Shown here piece by piece: positions 39,037 through 47,593 of a DNA stretch of 64,000 bases. A program made the translations under genes and the position numbers. Position 1 is the first letter of the stretch, and each line of letters opens with the position of its first letter. This DNA is from Geminicoccaceae bacterium (GTDB lineage Bacteria; Pseudomonadota; Alphaproteobacteria; Geminicoccales; Geminicoccaceae). The stretch is from assembly GCA_965222015.1 (NCBI GenBank), contig CBDCTL010000010.1, forward strand, positions 47,905-111,904, in the 5' to 3' direction. The notes below the pieces were generated by a model. That model saw only the letters and a program-made list of their open reading frames with translations. It had not been told where the DNA came from and ran no database searches.

Positions 39037-40191
39037 TCATGCTTCGCCCTGAGCCCTGCGTTCCCGCTCGACGTCGCGGCGCACCTCGTCGACGGCCGAT
39101 GCGCTGATCCAGCCTTGGGCCGCCGCGTTTTCGGCGGCGAGGAGCAGATCGGCGCAAAGCGCGGTCTGGACGCCGTGCTCGCCGATCTCGTCCAGCAGAC
39201 TGCGCGCCTCGGGATCACGCTCCGGCGCTTCGCTAAGCGCGCGGATGTAGACCGCCTGGACCCGGCCCGGATGGCGTTCGACGGCGGTCCGGTAGATCCC
39301 GGCGTCGTGCTGGCCGCTGTCGCCGATCAGAATGAAACGCAGATCGGGATAGAAATCGATCAGGGTTTCGATCGCCGCGAGCTTGTGCTCGCCATGTCCG
39401 CTCTTGATGAATTTCGTTTCGTCCCAGCCCAGATCCCGAAGGAACATCGGCCCGATCGGAATGTCGTTGAGCTCCATGAAGGCTTCGAGAAAGTCGTAGA
39501 GGTTCCAGGGGCTGGAGCTGACGTAGAAGAGGGGATTGCGGGGTTCCCCGCCCCGGCCGCGCTGCAGCGCCTTGTAGAACGGCGTGACGCCCAGAAAGGG
39601 CGAGCGCTGATCGACGCTGTTGAAAAGCGTGGTGCGCAGGTTGCGGAGGATGCTCGTGGCGCCGGTCTTCAGGATCGTGTCGTCGATGTCCGACACCACG
39701 GCGAACGCGGCGTCGGCGGGCGGTATCAGGATCGGCGCGTCGATCGAAAGCGGCCGCGGCTGACCGGCCTGATAGGGTTCGATCAGTTCCAGGCGCATCG
39801 ATTCCCAGGTCAGCCGGTCCGGCGACGATCCATCGAGGCCGTCGAACGCCGTTTCGATGTAGCCCTCCTCGTCGCTCGCGAGGTCGAGGGTCTGCCCGCC
39901 GAAATGCGCCTTCACCCTGGCGCCGGCGATCTCGTCGCTCTCGAAGCGATGATACATCGCCACGAGATTGTCGAGCGTGCCGCCGTCAGGTCTCGGCTCC
40001 CTGCTCCCGGCCTCCTCGAGAACCCGCCCGCGGGCGCGCGCGCGCAAACCGTCGCCATAGCCGCGATAGGGCTGGATGGTGACCGGATCGAGCCAGCCGA
40101 AACGTTTCTTGATGCGCGACCAGGAGCGGTCGAACCGGCTTTCCAGACGATGCCCGATCCTGAGCGCGAACGCTCCTATCGAAGACCTCAA
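39037..40191 (-). CDS. App1-like (DUF2183) phosphatidate-phosphatase-family protein
   Basis: YRGYGDG..., VVSDIDDTIL (DxDxT), FYVSSSPWNLYDFL, GDSGQHDAGIY. The ORF-track start at 40374 overlaps the tRNA. TTG 40191, preceded by GAGGAGG, is proposed as the start. Confidence 0.75.
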   Translation of the reverse strand: MRSSIGAFALRIGHRLESRFDRSWSRIKKRFGWLDPVTIQPYRGYGDGLRARARGRVLEEAGSREPRPDGGTLDNLVAMYHRFESDEIAGARVKAHFGGQTLDLASDEEGYIETAFDGLDGSSPDRLTWESMRLELIEPYQAGQPRPLSIDAPILIPPADAAFAVVSDIDDTILKTGATSILRNLRTTLFNSVDQRSPFLGVTPFYKALQRGRGGEPRNPLFYVSSSPWNLYDFLEAFMELNDIPIGPMFLRDLGWDETKFIKSGHGEHKLAAIETLIDFYPDLRFILIGDSGQHDAGIYRTAVERHPGRVQAVYIRALSEAPERDPEARSLLDEIGEHGVQTALCADLLLAAENAAAQGWISASAVDEVRRDVERERRAQGEA

Positions 40192-40341
40192 GATCGACCT
40201 CCTCGTCGTTTCCGATCGGCGTCCGGGCGCACGAAGCCTGCGCAGACGGGCCAGCCCGTCAAACGATCCAAGGTCGAGCGCATCATGGCCGCCCCTTATA
40301 TTGCCGGGCCGGACGACGCGCCGGCGACGGGGAACAGGGTC

Positions 40342-40416
40342 TGGAGCGGGTGAAGGGAATCGAACCCTCGACACGTAGCTTGGGAAGCTACTGCTCTACC
40401 ACTGAGCTACACCCGC
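40342..40416 (-). tRNA. tRNA-Gly (anticodon CCC), CCA encoded
   Basis: The reverse complement gcgggtgtagctcagtggtagagcagtagcttcccaagctacgtgtcgagggttcgattcccttcacccgctcca folds into a cloverleaf. Acceptor is GCGGGTG/CACCCGC, anticodon loop TTCCCAA, T-loop TTCGATT. Confidence 0.92.
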
Positions 40417-40492
40417 ATGACCCTTATTCATAAGTCCTCCGCAGCATCGGCGCAACGGCCTCAGGGCGAGGTCCAGGTCAAGGCACGCGCTC

Positions 40493-42337
40493 CTAGCGCG
40501 TGGTGAGCTTGACCTCGATGCGGCGGTTTCGGCGGAAGGCGATTTCGTCGTTGCGTTCGTCCAGCGGCTGGTACTGGGCGAAGCCTGCTACGGCGATGCG
40601 CTCGGGCGGGATGCCGGCATCGATCAGGAACTTGCCGACGGTGGTGGCGCGCGCCGCGGAAAGCTCCCAGTTGGACGGGAAATCGACATTGCGGATCGGA
40701 CGGCGATCGGTATGGCCGTTGATCTGCAGGACCCAGGGCAGATCGCTCGGGATCTCGCTCGAAATCTCCCTGAGACTCTGGGCGAGGGCCCTGAGCTCGT
40801 CCTCGCCGGTCGGCTCCAGCTCGGCCGAGCCGCTCGGGAACAGGATCTCGGACTGGAATACGAAGCGGTCGCCGACCACCTGCACGTCGGTGCGATTGCC
40901 GAGAACTTCGCGAAGCCGGCCGAAGAATTCGGAGCGGAAGCGGCTGAGCTCCTCGACCTTGCCGGCGAGCGCGACGTTCAGCTTGCTGCCGAGATCGGCG
41001 ATCGTCACCTTCTGTTCGTCGACCTTGGCGCGCTCCAGATCGAGGGCCTGTTCGAGCGAGGCGAGCTGGGTGCGAAGCTCGTTGATCTGCCGGTTCAGAA
41101 GCTCGATCTGGGCAAGCGACTGGTCCGCGCGTGCGCGCTGGGCGTCCGCCTCGTCCTCGGCATCGCCGACGCTGCGCAGCAGTTCCGCGATGCGCACCGC
41201 CCGCTCCTCCAGCTCGCGCTGGGCGAGGAGGGTCCGGTCCTGCTCGCTGGCGAGGCGGCCTTCGAGCTGCGAGGCGCGGTCGCGCACCTGGCCGAGCTCC
41301 ACCAGAAGCGCTTCCCGCGCGCGCTTCAGCTCCTCGAAACTCGCCTCCGAGATCTCGGGTCGATTCTGCGCGGCCTCGAGCTGGGCCGCGAGCTCGGCGA
41401 TCCGCCGCTCGCGCTGGGACAGGAGGTCTTCGTCGCTCTCGCTTGCGGCGTTCGCCTCTTCGAGGGCGGCCTCCAGCTCGGCGATGCGCGCGTCGCGTTC
41501 CGAGCGCGCCTCCTCGCCGGTTTCGAGCAGGGCCGAAAGCTCGGCGATCCGCTCCTCCAGGCTCTTTCGCTCCGCCTCGGAACGGTCGAGCGCCGCGACC
41601 TGCACTTCGAGCCCCTCGGCCTCGTCCCGGGCGGCGCTCAACAATGCGGTCAGCCGCTCGATCTCGTCGGCGGCCTCGGTCTTGGCCTTCTCCGCCTCCC
41701 GCAGCAATGCGGTCATCTCGGCGACGTCGAGCTCGAGGTTCTTCCTGGTCTCCGTCAGCGCCTCGATGTCGCGCCGGAGCTGCACGAGCTCGGCGAGCCG
41801 CGCCTCGATCGTCGCCTGGTTGGCCTCGATCGTCTTTTGCGCTTCCTCGAGCTCGGTTTCGAGCTCGGCCCGGAGCTGATTCGCGCGGGTGAGATCGTCC
41901 TCCAGCTCGTCGGTCTGGCCGAGATCCCTTCTGAGCTCGGCGAGGGTCTGGGCGAGCAGTGTCTTGTCCTCTTCGAGCGTGATCAGCCGGTCCCGGTAGT
42001 CGTCCCGTTCGGCCGTGATTTCGGCGAGATCGGCGCTGTTGTCGTCACGATCGGCGTTGGCGGCCTGGAGATCGGCGGTGAGCTTGGCGACCGAGCGGCG
42101 AAGCTCGGCATTGGTGTCCTGCTCCAGGCTGAGCTGGTCGGTGAGCTCCGCGATCGCCTGTTCGAGGCTGAGAAGCCGGCTGTCCTTGCCCTCCAGAAGC
42201 CGGCTCAGAAAGAACTGGCCGAGAACGAAGACCATCAAGAGGAAGAAGATGACCAGGATCAGCGTGGACAGCGCGTCGACGAAGCCAGGCCAGGTGTCGG
42301 CGGTGGATTGACGGTGATCGCGGCGGGAGCGGGCCAT
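40493..42337 (-). CDS. MotB/OmpA-like peptidoglycan-binding protein with ~400-aa coiled-coil insert
   Basis: N-terminus WPGFVDALSTLILVIFFLLMVFVL is a MotB-type TM with the conserved Asp (D21). Residues ~50-450 are E/A/L/R-rich heptads. The C-terminal OmpA_C-like domain has FPSGSAEL...INGHTDRRPI...SNWELSAARA...NRRIEV. Confidence 0.85.
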   Translation of the reverse strand: MARSRRDHRQSTADTWPGFVDALSTLILVIFFLLMVFVLGQFFLSRLLEGKDSRLLSLEQAIAELTDQLSLEQDTNAELRRSVAKLTADLQAANADRDDNSADLAEITAERDDYRDRLITLEEDKTLLAQTLAELRRDLGQTDELEDDLTRANQLRAELETELEEAQKTIEANQATIEARLAELVQLRRDIEALTETRKNLELDVAEMTALLREAEKAKTEAADEIERLTALLSAARDEAEGLEVQVAALDRSEAERKSLEERIAELSALLETGEEARSERDARIAELEAALEEANAASESDEDLLSQRERRIAELAAQLEAAQNRPEISEASFEELKRAREALLVELGQVRDRASQLEGRLASEQDRTLLAQRELEERAVRIAELLRSVGDAEDEADAQRARADQSLAQIELLNRQINELRTQLASLEQALDLERAKVDEQKVTIADLGSKLNVALAGKVEELSRFRSEFFGRLREVLGNRTDVQVVGDRFVFQSEILFPSGSAELEPTGEDELRALAQSLREISSEIPSDLPWVLQINGHTDRRPIRNVDFPSNWELSAARATTVGKFLIDAGIPPERIAVAGFAQYQPLDERNDEIAFRRNRRIEVKLTTR

Positions 42338-42359
42338 GGTCCGTGCAGTCCGTCAGATG

Positions 42360-43556
42360 TCAGTCGGCGGCGTTGCGGCGGCTCTGGCCCGTCTCGCTGC
42401 CTGCCGCGGCCGCGGCGATGGTGCGCGCGACCATCTTGATCTCGGAGCGAAGCTCGTTGGTCATCTGGCTCCGGCCCTGCACCGTCTCGTCGAGAATGCG
42501 CGCGAGATAGACGTCCATGTTTCTGATGTGGTTGCGCGTGGTCTCGTCGAGCGCGTTGCCGTCGCCCTCGGCGAGCCTGGCCAGCACCGGGCGAAGATCG
42601 TCCTGGTTCGAGATCAGTCGTCCGAGCAGCGCCTGCTCGGTCGCGATCTGGTCGCCGAGGGTGGTCAGCCGCTCGGTCAGGTTGACCATGCTGCTCTGCA
42701 CGGTGCGCTGGTTCTCCTCGGAACGCTCGATGCTGCGCTGCATGTTCTGCATGTTCTCGGCCGTCTGTTCCATCAGCGCCTGCAGATAGGCGGGGATCGA
42801 CACGTCGCCGGCGGCGCGCGCGACGCCCGAGGCGGCCGAGCGGGCCGGCTCGTCGCGGCTGAGCCGGGTCAGGCTGGTGAGCCACTCCTCCATTTCGTTG
42901 TAGAAGGCATTCTGCGCCTGGGTCGCCTGCAGATCGAGAAAGCCGAGGACGAGCGAACCGGCGAGGCCGAACAGCGAGGAGCTGAACGCCGTGCCCATGC
43001 CGTCCATCGGCGCCGCCAGCCCCGCCTTCAGTTCGTCGAACACCGTCGCGATGTCGCCCTCGGCACCGACCGAGAGGCCTGCGAACACCCCGCTCACCGA
43101 ATAGAGGGTCTCCAGAAGGCCCCAGAAGGTGCCGAGCAGGCCGAGATAGATGAGGAGGCTGGTCTCGTAGCGGGTGATGTCCCGCTGCTCGTCCAGGCGA
43201 GCGGCGATGCTGTCCAGAAGATAGCGGACGGAATTGGCGGGCAGCATCACCCGGCCGCGTCGCTCCTGCTCGCCGAGCGCGTTGGCGACCGGGGTCAGGA
43301 GAAAGGGAGCCGCCTGGATCGCGTAGCCGGGCTTGGACGTGCGCAGCCCTTCGATCCAGCGGATCTCCGGCTTCAGCATCCAGACCCGGCGCAGCACGTA
43401 GAAGATGCCGATCAGGAGAACGCCGAGAATCAGTCCGTTCAGGATCGGATTGTACATGAAGATGCGAAAGACGATGTCGTAGGCGAACGCGGCGGCCGCC
43501 ACCGCCAGGGCCAGAAACAAGATCATCCGGTTGATGAAACGTTGCGGATTGCTCAT
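42360..43556 (-). CDS. MotA/TolQ/ExbB-family proton-channel protein with ~170-aa C-terminal extension
   Basis: YLGLLGTFWGLLETL ... GMGTAFSSSLFGLAGSLVLGFLDLQ form the MotA_ExbB core. The gene ends 22 nt upstream of the MotB-like gene. Confidence 0.85.
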   Translation of the reverse strand: MSNPQRFINRMILFLALAVAAAAFAYDIVFRIFMYNPILNGLILGVLLIGIFYVLRRVWMLKPEIRWIEGLRTSKPGYAIQAAPFLLTPVANALGEQERRGRVMLPANSVRYLLDSIAARLDEQRDITRYETSLLIYLGLLGTFWGLLETLYSVSGVFAGLSVGAEGDIATVFDELKAGLAAPMDGMGTAFSSSLFGLAGSLVLGFLDLQATQAQNAFYNEMEEWLTSLTRLSRDEPARSAASGVARAAGDVSIPAYLQALMEQTAENMQNMQRSIERSEENQRTVQSSMVNLTERLTTLGDQIATEQALLGRLISNQDDLRPVLARLAEGDGNALDETTRNHIRNMDVYLARILDETVQGRSQMTNELRSEIKMVARTIAAAAAGSETGQSRRNAAD

Positions 43557-43830
43557 CGAGGGCTCATCCCAGCCGGGTCATGCCGGTTCTGTCGATCCTG
43601 TGGTCCGGCCGCGTGCCGGCCCCGTCCACGCATCGCCGACGTTCTACAGATCCCGGGCCGCTTCGGCAATGTCGAGCATGCTGCGGCTCGCTCGGGCGTC
43701 AAGCGCGGTCCGGCCGCCCGAGGCCCGAAACCGGCGGACATGTGGCGGCGGGGTGACGGCGTCTCGGCCGTTGGCAAGCCGCCGAAAGCGGCCCATCATG
43801 AAGCGATCGCGACGGTACGGAGGGGCAGAG

Positions 43831-44151
43831 ATGCAGCGGCATCACGACATGGGCGGCCTGGAGGCGGGGCCGATCGAGCGCTCGGAGCACGACCACGCGC
43901 CCTGGGAAAAGCGGGTCGATGCGATCATGCGGCTGCTGACCGACAAGAAGCGCCGGATCATGACCGTCGACGAGCTCAGGCGCAACATCGAGGAGCTGGG
44001 CCCGGGCGCCTACGACGAGATGAGCTACTATCAGCGCTGGATGGCCTCGATCGGCAACAACCTTCTCGAAAAGGGCGTGATCGGGGTGGACGAACTCGGG
44101 CGAAAGATGGCCGAGGTCGAGGCCCGCTGGCGGTCGGCGAGGGAAGGATGA
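43831..44151 (+). CDS. Nitrile-hydratase beta-subunit N-terminal-half homolog
   Basis: MQRHHDMGGLEAGPI...HAPWEKRVDAIMRLL...SYYQRWMASIGNNLLEKGVI matches the N-terminal half of NHase beta. GGAGGGG RBS lies before ATG 43831. Confidence 0.8.
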   Translation: MQRHHDMGGLEAGPIERSEHDHAPWEKRVDAIMRLLTDKKRRIMTVDELRRNIEELGPGAYDEMSYYQRWMASIGNNLLEKGVIGVDELGRKMAEVEARWRSAREG

Positions 44152-44456
44152 GCGGGGACTTCGCGGTCGGCGAGCGGGTGACCGTGCGCCGGGCCTGGCC
44201 GCCCGGCCATGTGCGCACGCCCCACTATATCCGCGGCCGGTCCGGTATCGTGGAAAGCGTGGCCGGGCGCTTCGCCGATCCGGAGGAGCTCGCCTATGGC
44301 CGGGACGGCCTGCCGGCAAAGGCGCTCTATCGGATCCGGTTCCTGCAGGCCGATCTCTGGCCGGACTATGCGGGATCGGCGGCGGACAGTCTGGTGGTCG
44401 ACGTCTACGAGCACTGGCTGGAACGGCAGGAATCCAGGGAGGACGGGACGCCATGA
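44148..44456 (+). CDS. Nitrile-hydratase beta-subunit C-terminal (SH3-like) half homolog
   Basis: ATGA overlap with the previous gene. FAVGERVTVRRAWPPGHVRTPHYIRGRSGIVESV...YRIRF...VDVYEHWLE matches the C-terminal barrel of NHase beta. Confidence 0.8.
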   Translation: MSGDFAVGERVTVRRAWPPGHVRTPHYIRGRSGIVESVAGRFADPEELAYGRDGLPAKALYRIRFLQADLWPDYAGSAADSLVVDVYEHWLERQESREDGTP

Positions 44457-45088
44457 GCGCAGGTCACGATCACCGCCATCCGAAGCAGCCGGATCTGGAG
44501 GATCGGCCCTTCGATCACCATCAGCTCATGGCCGAAGCGGTCGGTGAGCTTCTGATCGAAAAGGGCGTGTTTTCCGCGGCCGAGCTTCGCAAGACCATCG
44601 AATCCATCGACGCCCGCTCGCCCGCGGACGGCGCGAAAGTCGTGGCACGCGCCTGGGTCGATCCGGCCTACAGGGCGCGGCTGCTCGACAACGCCAACCA
44701 GGCCGCCGCCGAGCTCGGGATCGACGCCGGCGCCATTCCGATTCGCGTGGTCGAGAACACCGAGCGCGTGCACAATGTCATCTGCTGCACGCTCTGCTCC
44801 TGCTATCCCCGCCTGCTGCTCGGCCTGCCGCCCGACTGGTACAAGGCGCGCGCCTATCGCTCCCGCGTGGTGCGCGAGCCGCGCGCCGTGCTCGAGGAGT
44901 TCGGCACGGTCGTTCCCGAGGACGTCGAGCTCAGGGTGCATGACAGCACGGCCGACCTCCGCTATATGGTCCTGCCGCGCCGTCCGGCCGGCACCGAGGC
45001 GATGGGCGAAGCCGAACTCGCCGGCCTGGTGACCCGGGACTGCATGATCGGCACCGCCGTGGTCGAGCCGACGCGGGAGGGCAGCTGA
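44453..45088 (+). CDS. Nitrile-hydratase-family alpha subunit, cobalt-type metal site
   Basis: ATGA overlap with the previous gene. The VCTLCSC-type claw appears as CCTLCSCYP (CTLCSC at 44786-44803); Thr in this motif is the Co-type signature. ARAWVDPAYRARLL is also present. Confidence 0.9.
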   Translation: MSAGHDHRHPKQPDLEDRPFDHHQLMAEAVGELLIEKGVFSAAELRKTIESIDARSPADGAKVVARAWVDPAYRARLLDNANQAAAELGIDAGAIPIRVVENTERVHNVICCTLCSCYPRLLLGLPPDWYKARAYRSRVVREPRAVLEEFGTVVPEDVELRVHDSTADLRYMVLPRRPAGTEAMGEAELAGLVTRDCMIGTAVVEPTREGS

Positions 45089-45196
45089 AGCCCGAAGCCG
45101 TGACGGGCCGTTGCCGTTAACCTTGCGTTAGCATCAATTCGTTATGTTCGCCGCAGTCATGGACGCTCGTCCAGTCTCAGACTGCGGAGAAGACCT

Positions 45197-45715
45197 GTGC
45201 CACAGCGCCTGTTCCCGAGCATCGTCGCCGTGCTTTCGTTTCTGACAGTCGTCACCCTGCCGGCCGCCGCCATGCCGCCGCTGCCGAAGCCCAAAGGCCA
45301 GGTGTTGCTCAGCGTCACCGGCGGGATCGAACGGACGAACGCCGAAGGGCGTGCGGATCTGGACCGGAAAATGCTCGAGTCGATCGGTCTGGTCGAGATC
45401 GAGACCGAGACCCCCTTCACCAAGGGCAGGACGACCTTCCGCGGCGTTCTCGCGCGCGACCTGCTCCGCCATCTCGGCGCAAGCGGCGACAGGATCGAAG
45501 CGGGCGCGCTCGACCTCTACAAGGTCGAGATCCCGACGGAGGATTTCGAGCAGTTCGACGTGCTCATCGCCCTCGAAGCGGATGGCAGAAGGCTGCGCGT
45601 CCGCGACCATGGCCCCGCCTGGATCGTCTATCCCTGGTCGCAGCACGAAGAACTCGGCAAGGAGGTCTACAGTCGACGCAGCATCTGGCAGATGAACACC
45701 ATCGACGTGCGATGA
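45197..45715 (+). CDS. Secreted small protein resembling a sulfite-oxidase-family (Oxidored_molyb) domain
   Basis: Signal peptide LFPSIVAVLSFLTVVTLPAAA. FRGVLARDLLRHLG...ALDLYKVEIP...LIALEADGRRL...HGPAWIVYP resembles the Moco-domain core. GTG start after GGAGA. Confidence 0.6.
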   Translation: MPQRLFPSIVAVLSFLTVVTLPAAAMPPLPKPKGQVLLSVTGGIERTNAEGRADLDRKMLESIGLVEIETETPFTKGRTTFRGVLARDLLRHLGASGDRIEAGALDLYKVEIPTEDFEQFDVLIALEADGRRLRVRDHGPAWIVYPWSQHEELGKEVYSRRSIWQMNTIDVR

Positions 45716-47157
45716 TCCCGATTCTCGGCAAGCGAGGACTCCTCTATATCGGTCTCTTCGGCTTTCTCATTCTGTCGAGCTCCGGGATGATCGGGGGGCT
45801 GGCCGGGTTGCGTGACACCATCGATCTGTCACCGGACTCGATCACCGGCTATGACGGCCATCGGGCCGAGGTCGAGTTCTCGCGGCTTCAGAACGCCATT
45901 TCACTCTACGTCGCCGGTTCGGAGAGTATCGATCTCGACGACGTGGTCATGCGCTTCGACATCCTTTGGGCCCGGGCCAACCTTTTCATGAATGGCAAGG
46001 CGTTCGAGTTCATGCGGCAGCAGGCCGGAGTAGGCGAGATGGGAGCGCTCATTCTCGAAACACTTCAGGCAATCGAGGACGACGTCATGAATCTCGAGCG
46101 TGGCGATCTGGCCACGCTCGAGCATGTCCAGGCACGGTTGGAGCCGCTTGAAGCCAGACTGACCGGTGCCACGACCCGGATCGCTGACCTCGAGGTGGAA
46201 CAGCGGGATCACGTCAACTCCTCTCTGCGGCGCGGGCTCGGAGAGCTGGATGGTCTCGGCGTTGCGGTCGGGCTCGTCGTGTCCCTGGTCCTGACGCTTT
46301 TCGGCGTCGAAGCGATTCAGGCTCGTCGAGCCGAGCGCAAGCTCGCCGACTATCAGGAACATCTGGAAGACCTGGTGGCGCAACGGACTGATGAGCTCGA
46401 GGAGCAGACCAGACTCCTGGAAAAGGCGCTGGACAAGGAGCGTGAGCTCACCACGCTGCAGCGGCAATTCGTGTCGATGGTGTCGCACGAGTTTCGCACG
46501 CCACTCGCCATCATCGACGGATCGACTCAGCGCCTGAGACGGCGGCTCGAGACCATGTCGGCCGACAAGGTCAAGAACGCCCTCGATCAAATTTCACGAT
46601 CGGTCGGACGGCTTCTGCATCTTATGGAAAGCACCTTGAGCGCCGCGCAGCTCGAAGCGGGTTCGATCGCCATGAGTGTCGGGGCCTGCGATCTGCAGGC
46701 GCTCATCGGTGAGGTGTGCAGCGACCAGCAGGAGCTGGCCAAGAGGCACCGGATCGTGGTCGGGCTGGAGGCGATGCCGGACATCGTCCAGGCGGACGGC
46801 AAGCTCCTGCGCCAGGTTTTTTCGAACCTGCTCTCCAACGCCGTGAAATATTCACCTGAAGGCGGCGAGGTGCGCGTCGACGGATGGGCGGATGGCGACC
46901 AGGCGGTGATCGCGGTTCGCGACCACGGCGTCGGCATCCCCGAGGCGGAGCTTCCCCGTCTGTTCCAACGCTTTTTCCGCGCCAGCACGTCGACGGGCAT
47001 TCCCGGCACCGGTATCGGGCTCCATTTCGTGAAGCATCTCGTCGAGATTCACGGCGGCGCCATCGACGTGGAAACGCGGGCCGGCGAGGGCTCGACCTTC
47101 TTCGTGCGCCTGCCCATCCAGGGATCCGAGGCCGTGGGAGACCGCGAGGCGGCCTGA
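45712..47157 (+). CDS. Membrane sensor histidine kinase (two TM, ~165-aa periplasmic loop)
   Basis: ATGA overlap with the upstream gene. H-box VSHEFRTPLAIIDG, N-box LSNAVKYS, G-boxes DHGVGI and GTGIGLHFV. Confidence 0.9.
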   Translation: MIPILGKRGLLYIGLFGFLILSSSGMIGGLAGLRDTIDLSPDSITGYDGHRAEVEFSRLQNAISLYVAGSESIDLDDVVMRFDILWARANLFMNGKAFEFMRQQAGVGEMGALILETLQAIEDDVMNLERGDLATLEHVQARLEPLEARLTGATTRIADLEVEQRDHVNSSLRRGLGELDGLGVAVGLVVSLVLTLFGVEAIQARRAERKLADYQEHLEDLVAQRTDELEEQTRLLEKALDKERELTTLQRQFVSMVSHEFRTPLAIIDGSTQRLRRRLETMSADKVKNALDQISRSVGRLLHLMESTLSAAQLEAGSIAMSVGACDLQALIGEVCSDQQELAKRHRIVVGLEAMPDIVQADGKLLRQVFSNLLSNAVKYSPEGGEVRVDGWADGDQAVIAVRDHGVGIPEAELPRLFQRFFRASTSTGIPGTGIGLHFVKHLVEIHGGAIDVETRAGEGSTFFVRLPIQGSEAVGDREAA

Positions 47158-47593
47158 GAACCTTCTGTGTAGGCGCGGCTCTGCCGATGCTGCAGCCGGA
47201 TCGTGCGACAGGCAGGGCCGCTCGATGCATTGCCTGCGGCCGCACGGCGTCCGTTCGAACACCGATAATCTCCATCCGAGTCGCAGGAGCCCCATGGGGC
47301 TTCGGGCAGACCCGTCGCCCGATCGCCGACACCCGCCGCCGCGTTTCGCGGCCTGCCGCTCCGGATCATCGGTCAACTGAGACGTAGGTTACCGGACGGC
47401 GTCTTCGATCGGATCGGGCTCTGGTCGTCGGCAAAACTTGGAATAGTTAGAATCGATAGGTGCAGAACGCCTCGAGGGCGAATCGGCGAGGCCATCTTCC
47501 GGCATCTGCGCCTGTGTACGAACCCATGGCCACGGCCGCAGCTCATTTCGGCCGATGGCGATCGATGACCGAGCGAAAAAAGGGGAAGGTTTC

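Noticed and set aside
39037-40374. The full-length 445-aa version of the App1-like ORF.
   Set aside because: Its first ~10 codons overlap the tRNA-Gly gene (40342-40416) on the same strand, and the first ~60 codons are Arg/Pro-rich without family similarity. An internal TTG at 40191 with a GAGGAGG RBS is more plausible.
40493-43556. Zorya (ZorAB) anti-phage system.
   Set aside because: No ZorC/D/E/F/G-like genes flank the pair; the neighbours are a tRNA, an App1-like gene and nitrile hydratase. The long coiled coil is on the MotB-like subunit rather than on the MotA-like subunit.
43557-43830. Cobalamin or cobalt riboswitch in the 274-nt leader of the Co-type nitrile hydratase genes.
   Set aside because: I could not find a B12-box (GCCACTG) or other conserved riboswitch cores. 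The region is also the divergent promoter for the MotA-like gene.
42336-44456. A 706-aa plus-strand ORF.
   Set aside because: Its first ~1200 nt are antisense to the MotA-like gene, and the next part crosses intergenic DNA. Only the last 103 codons (44148-44456) correspond to the NHase beta C-terminal half.
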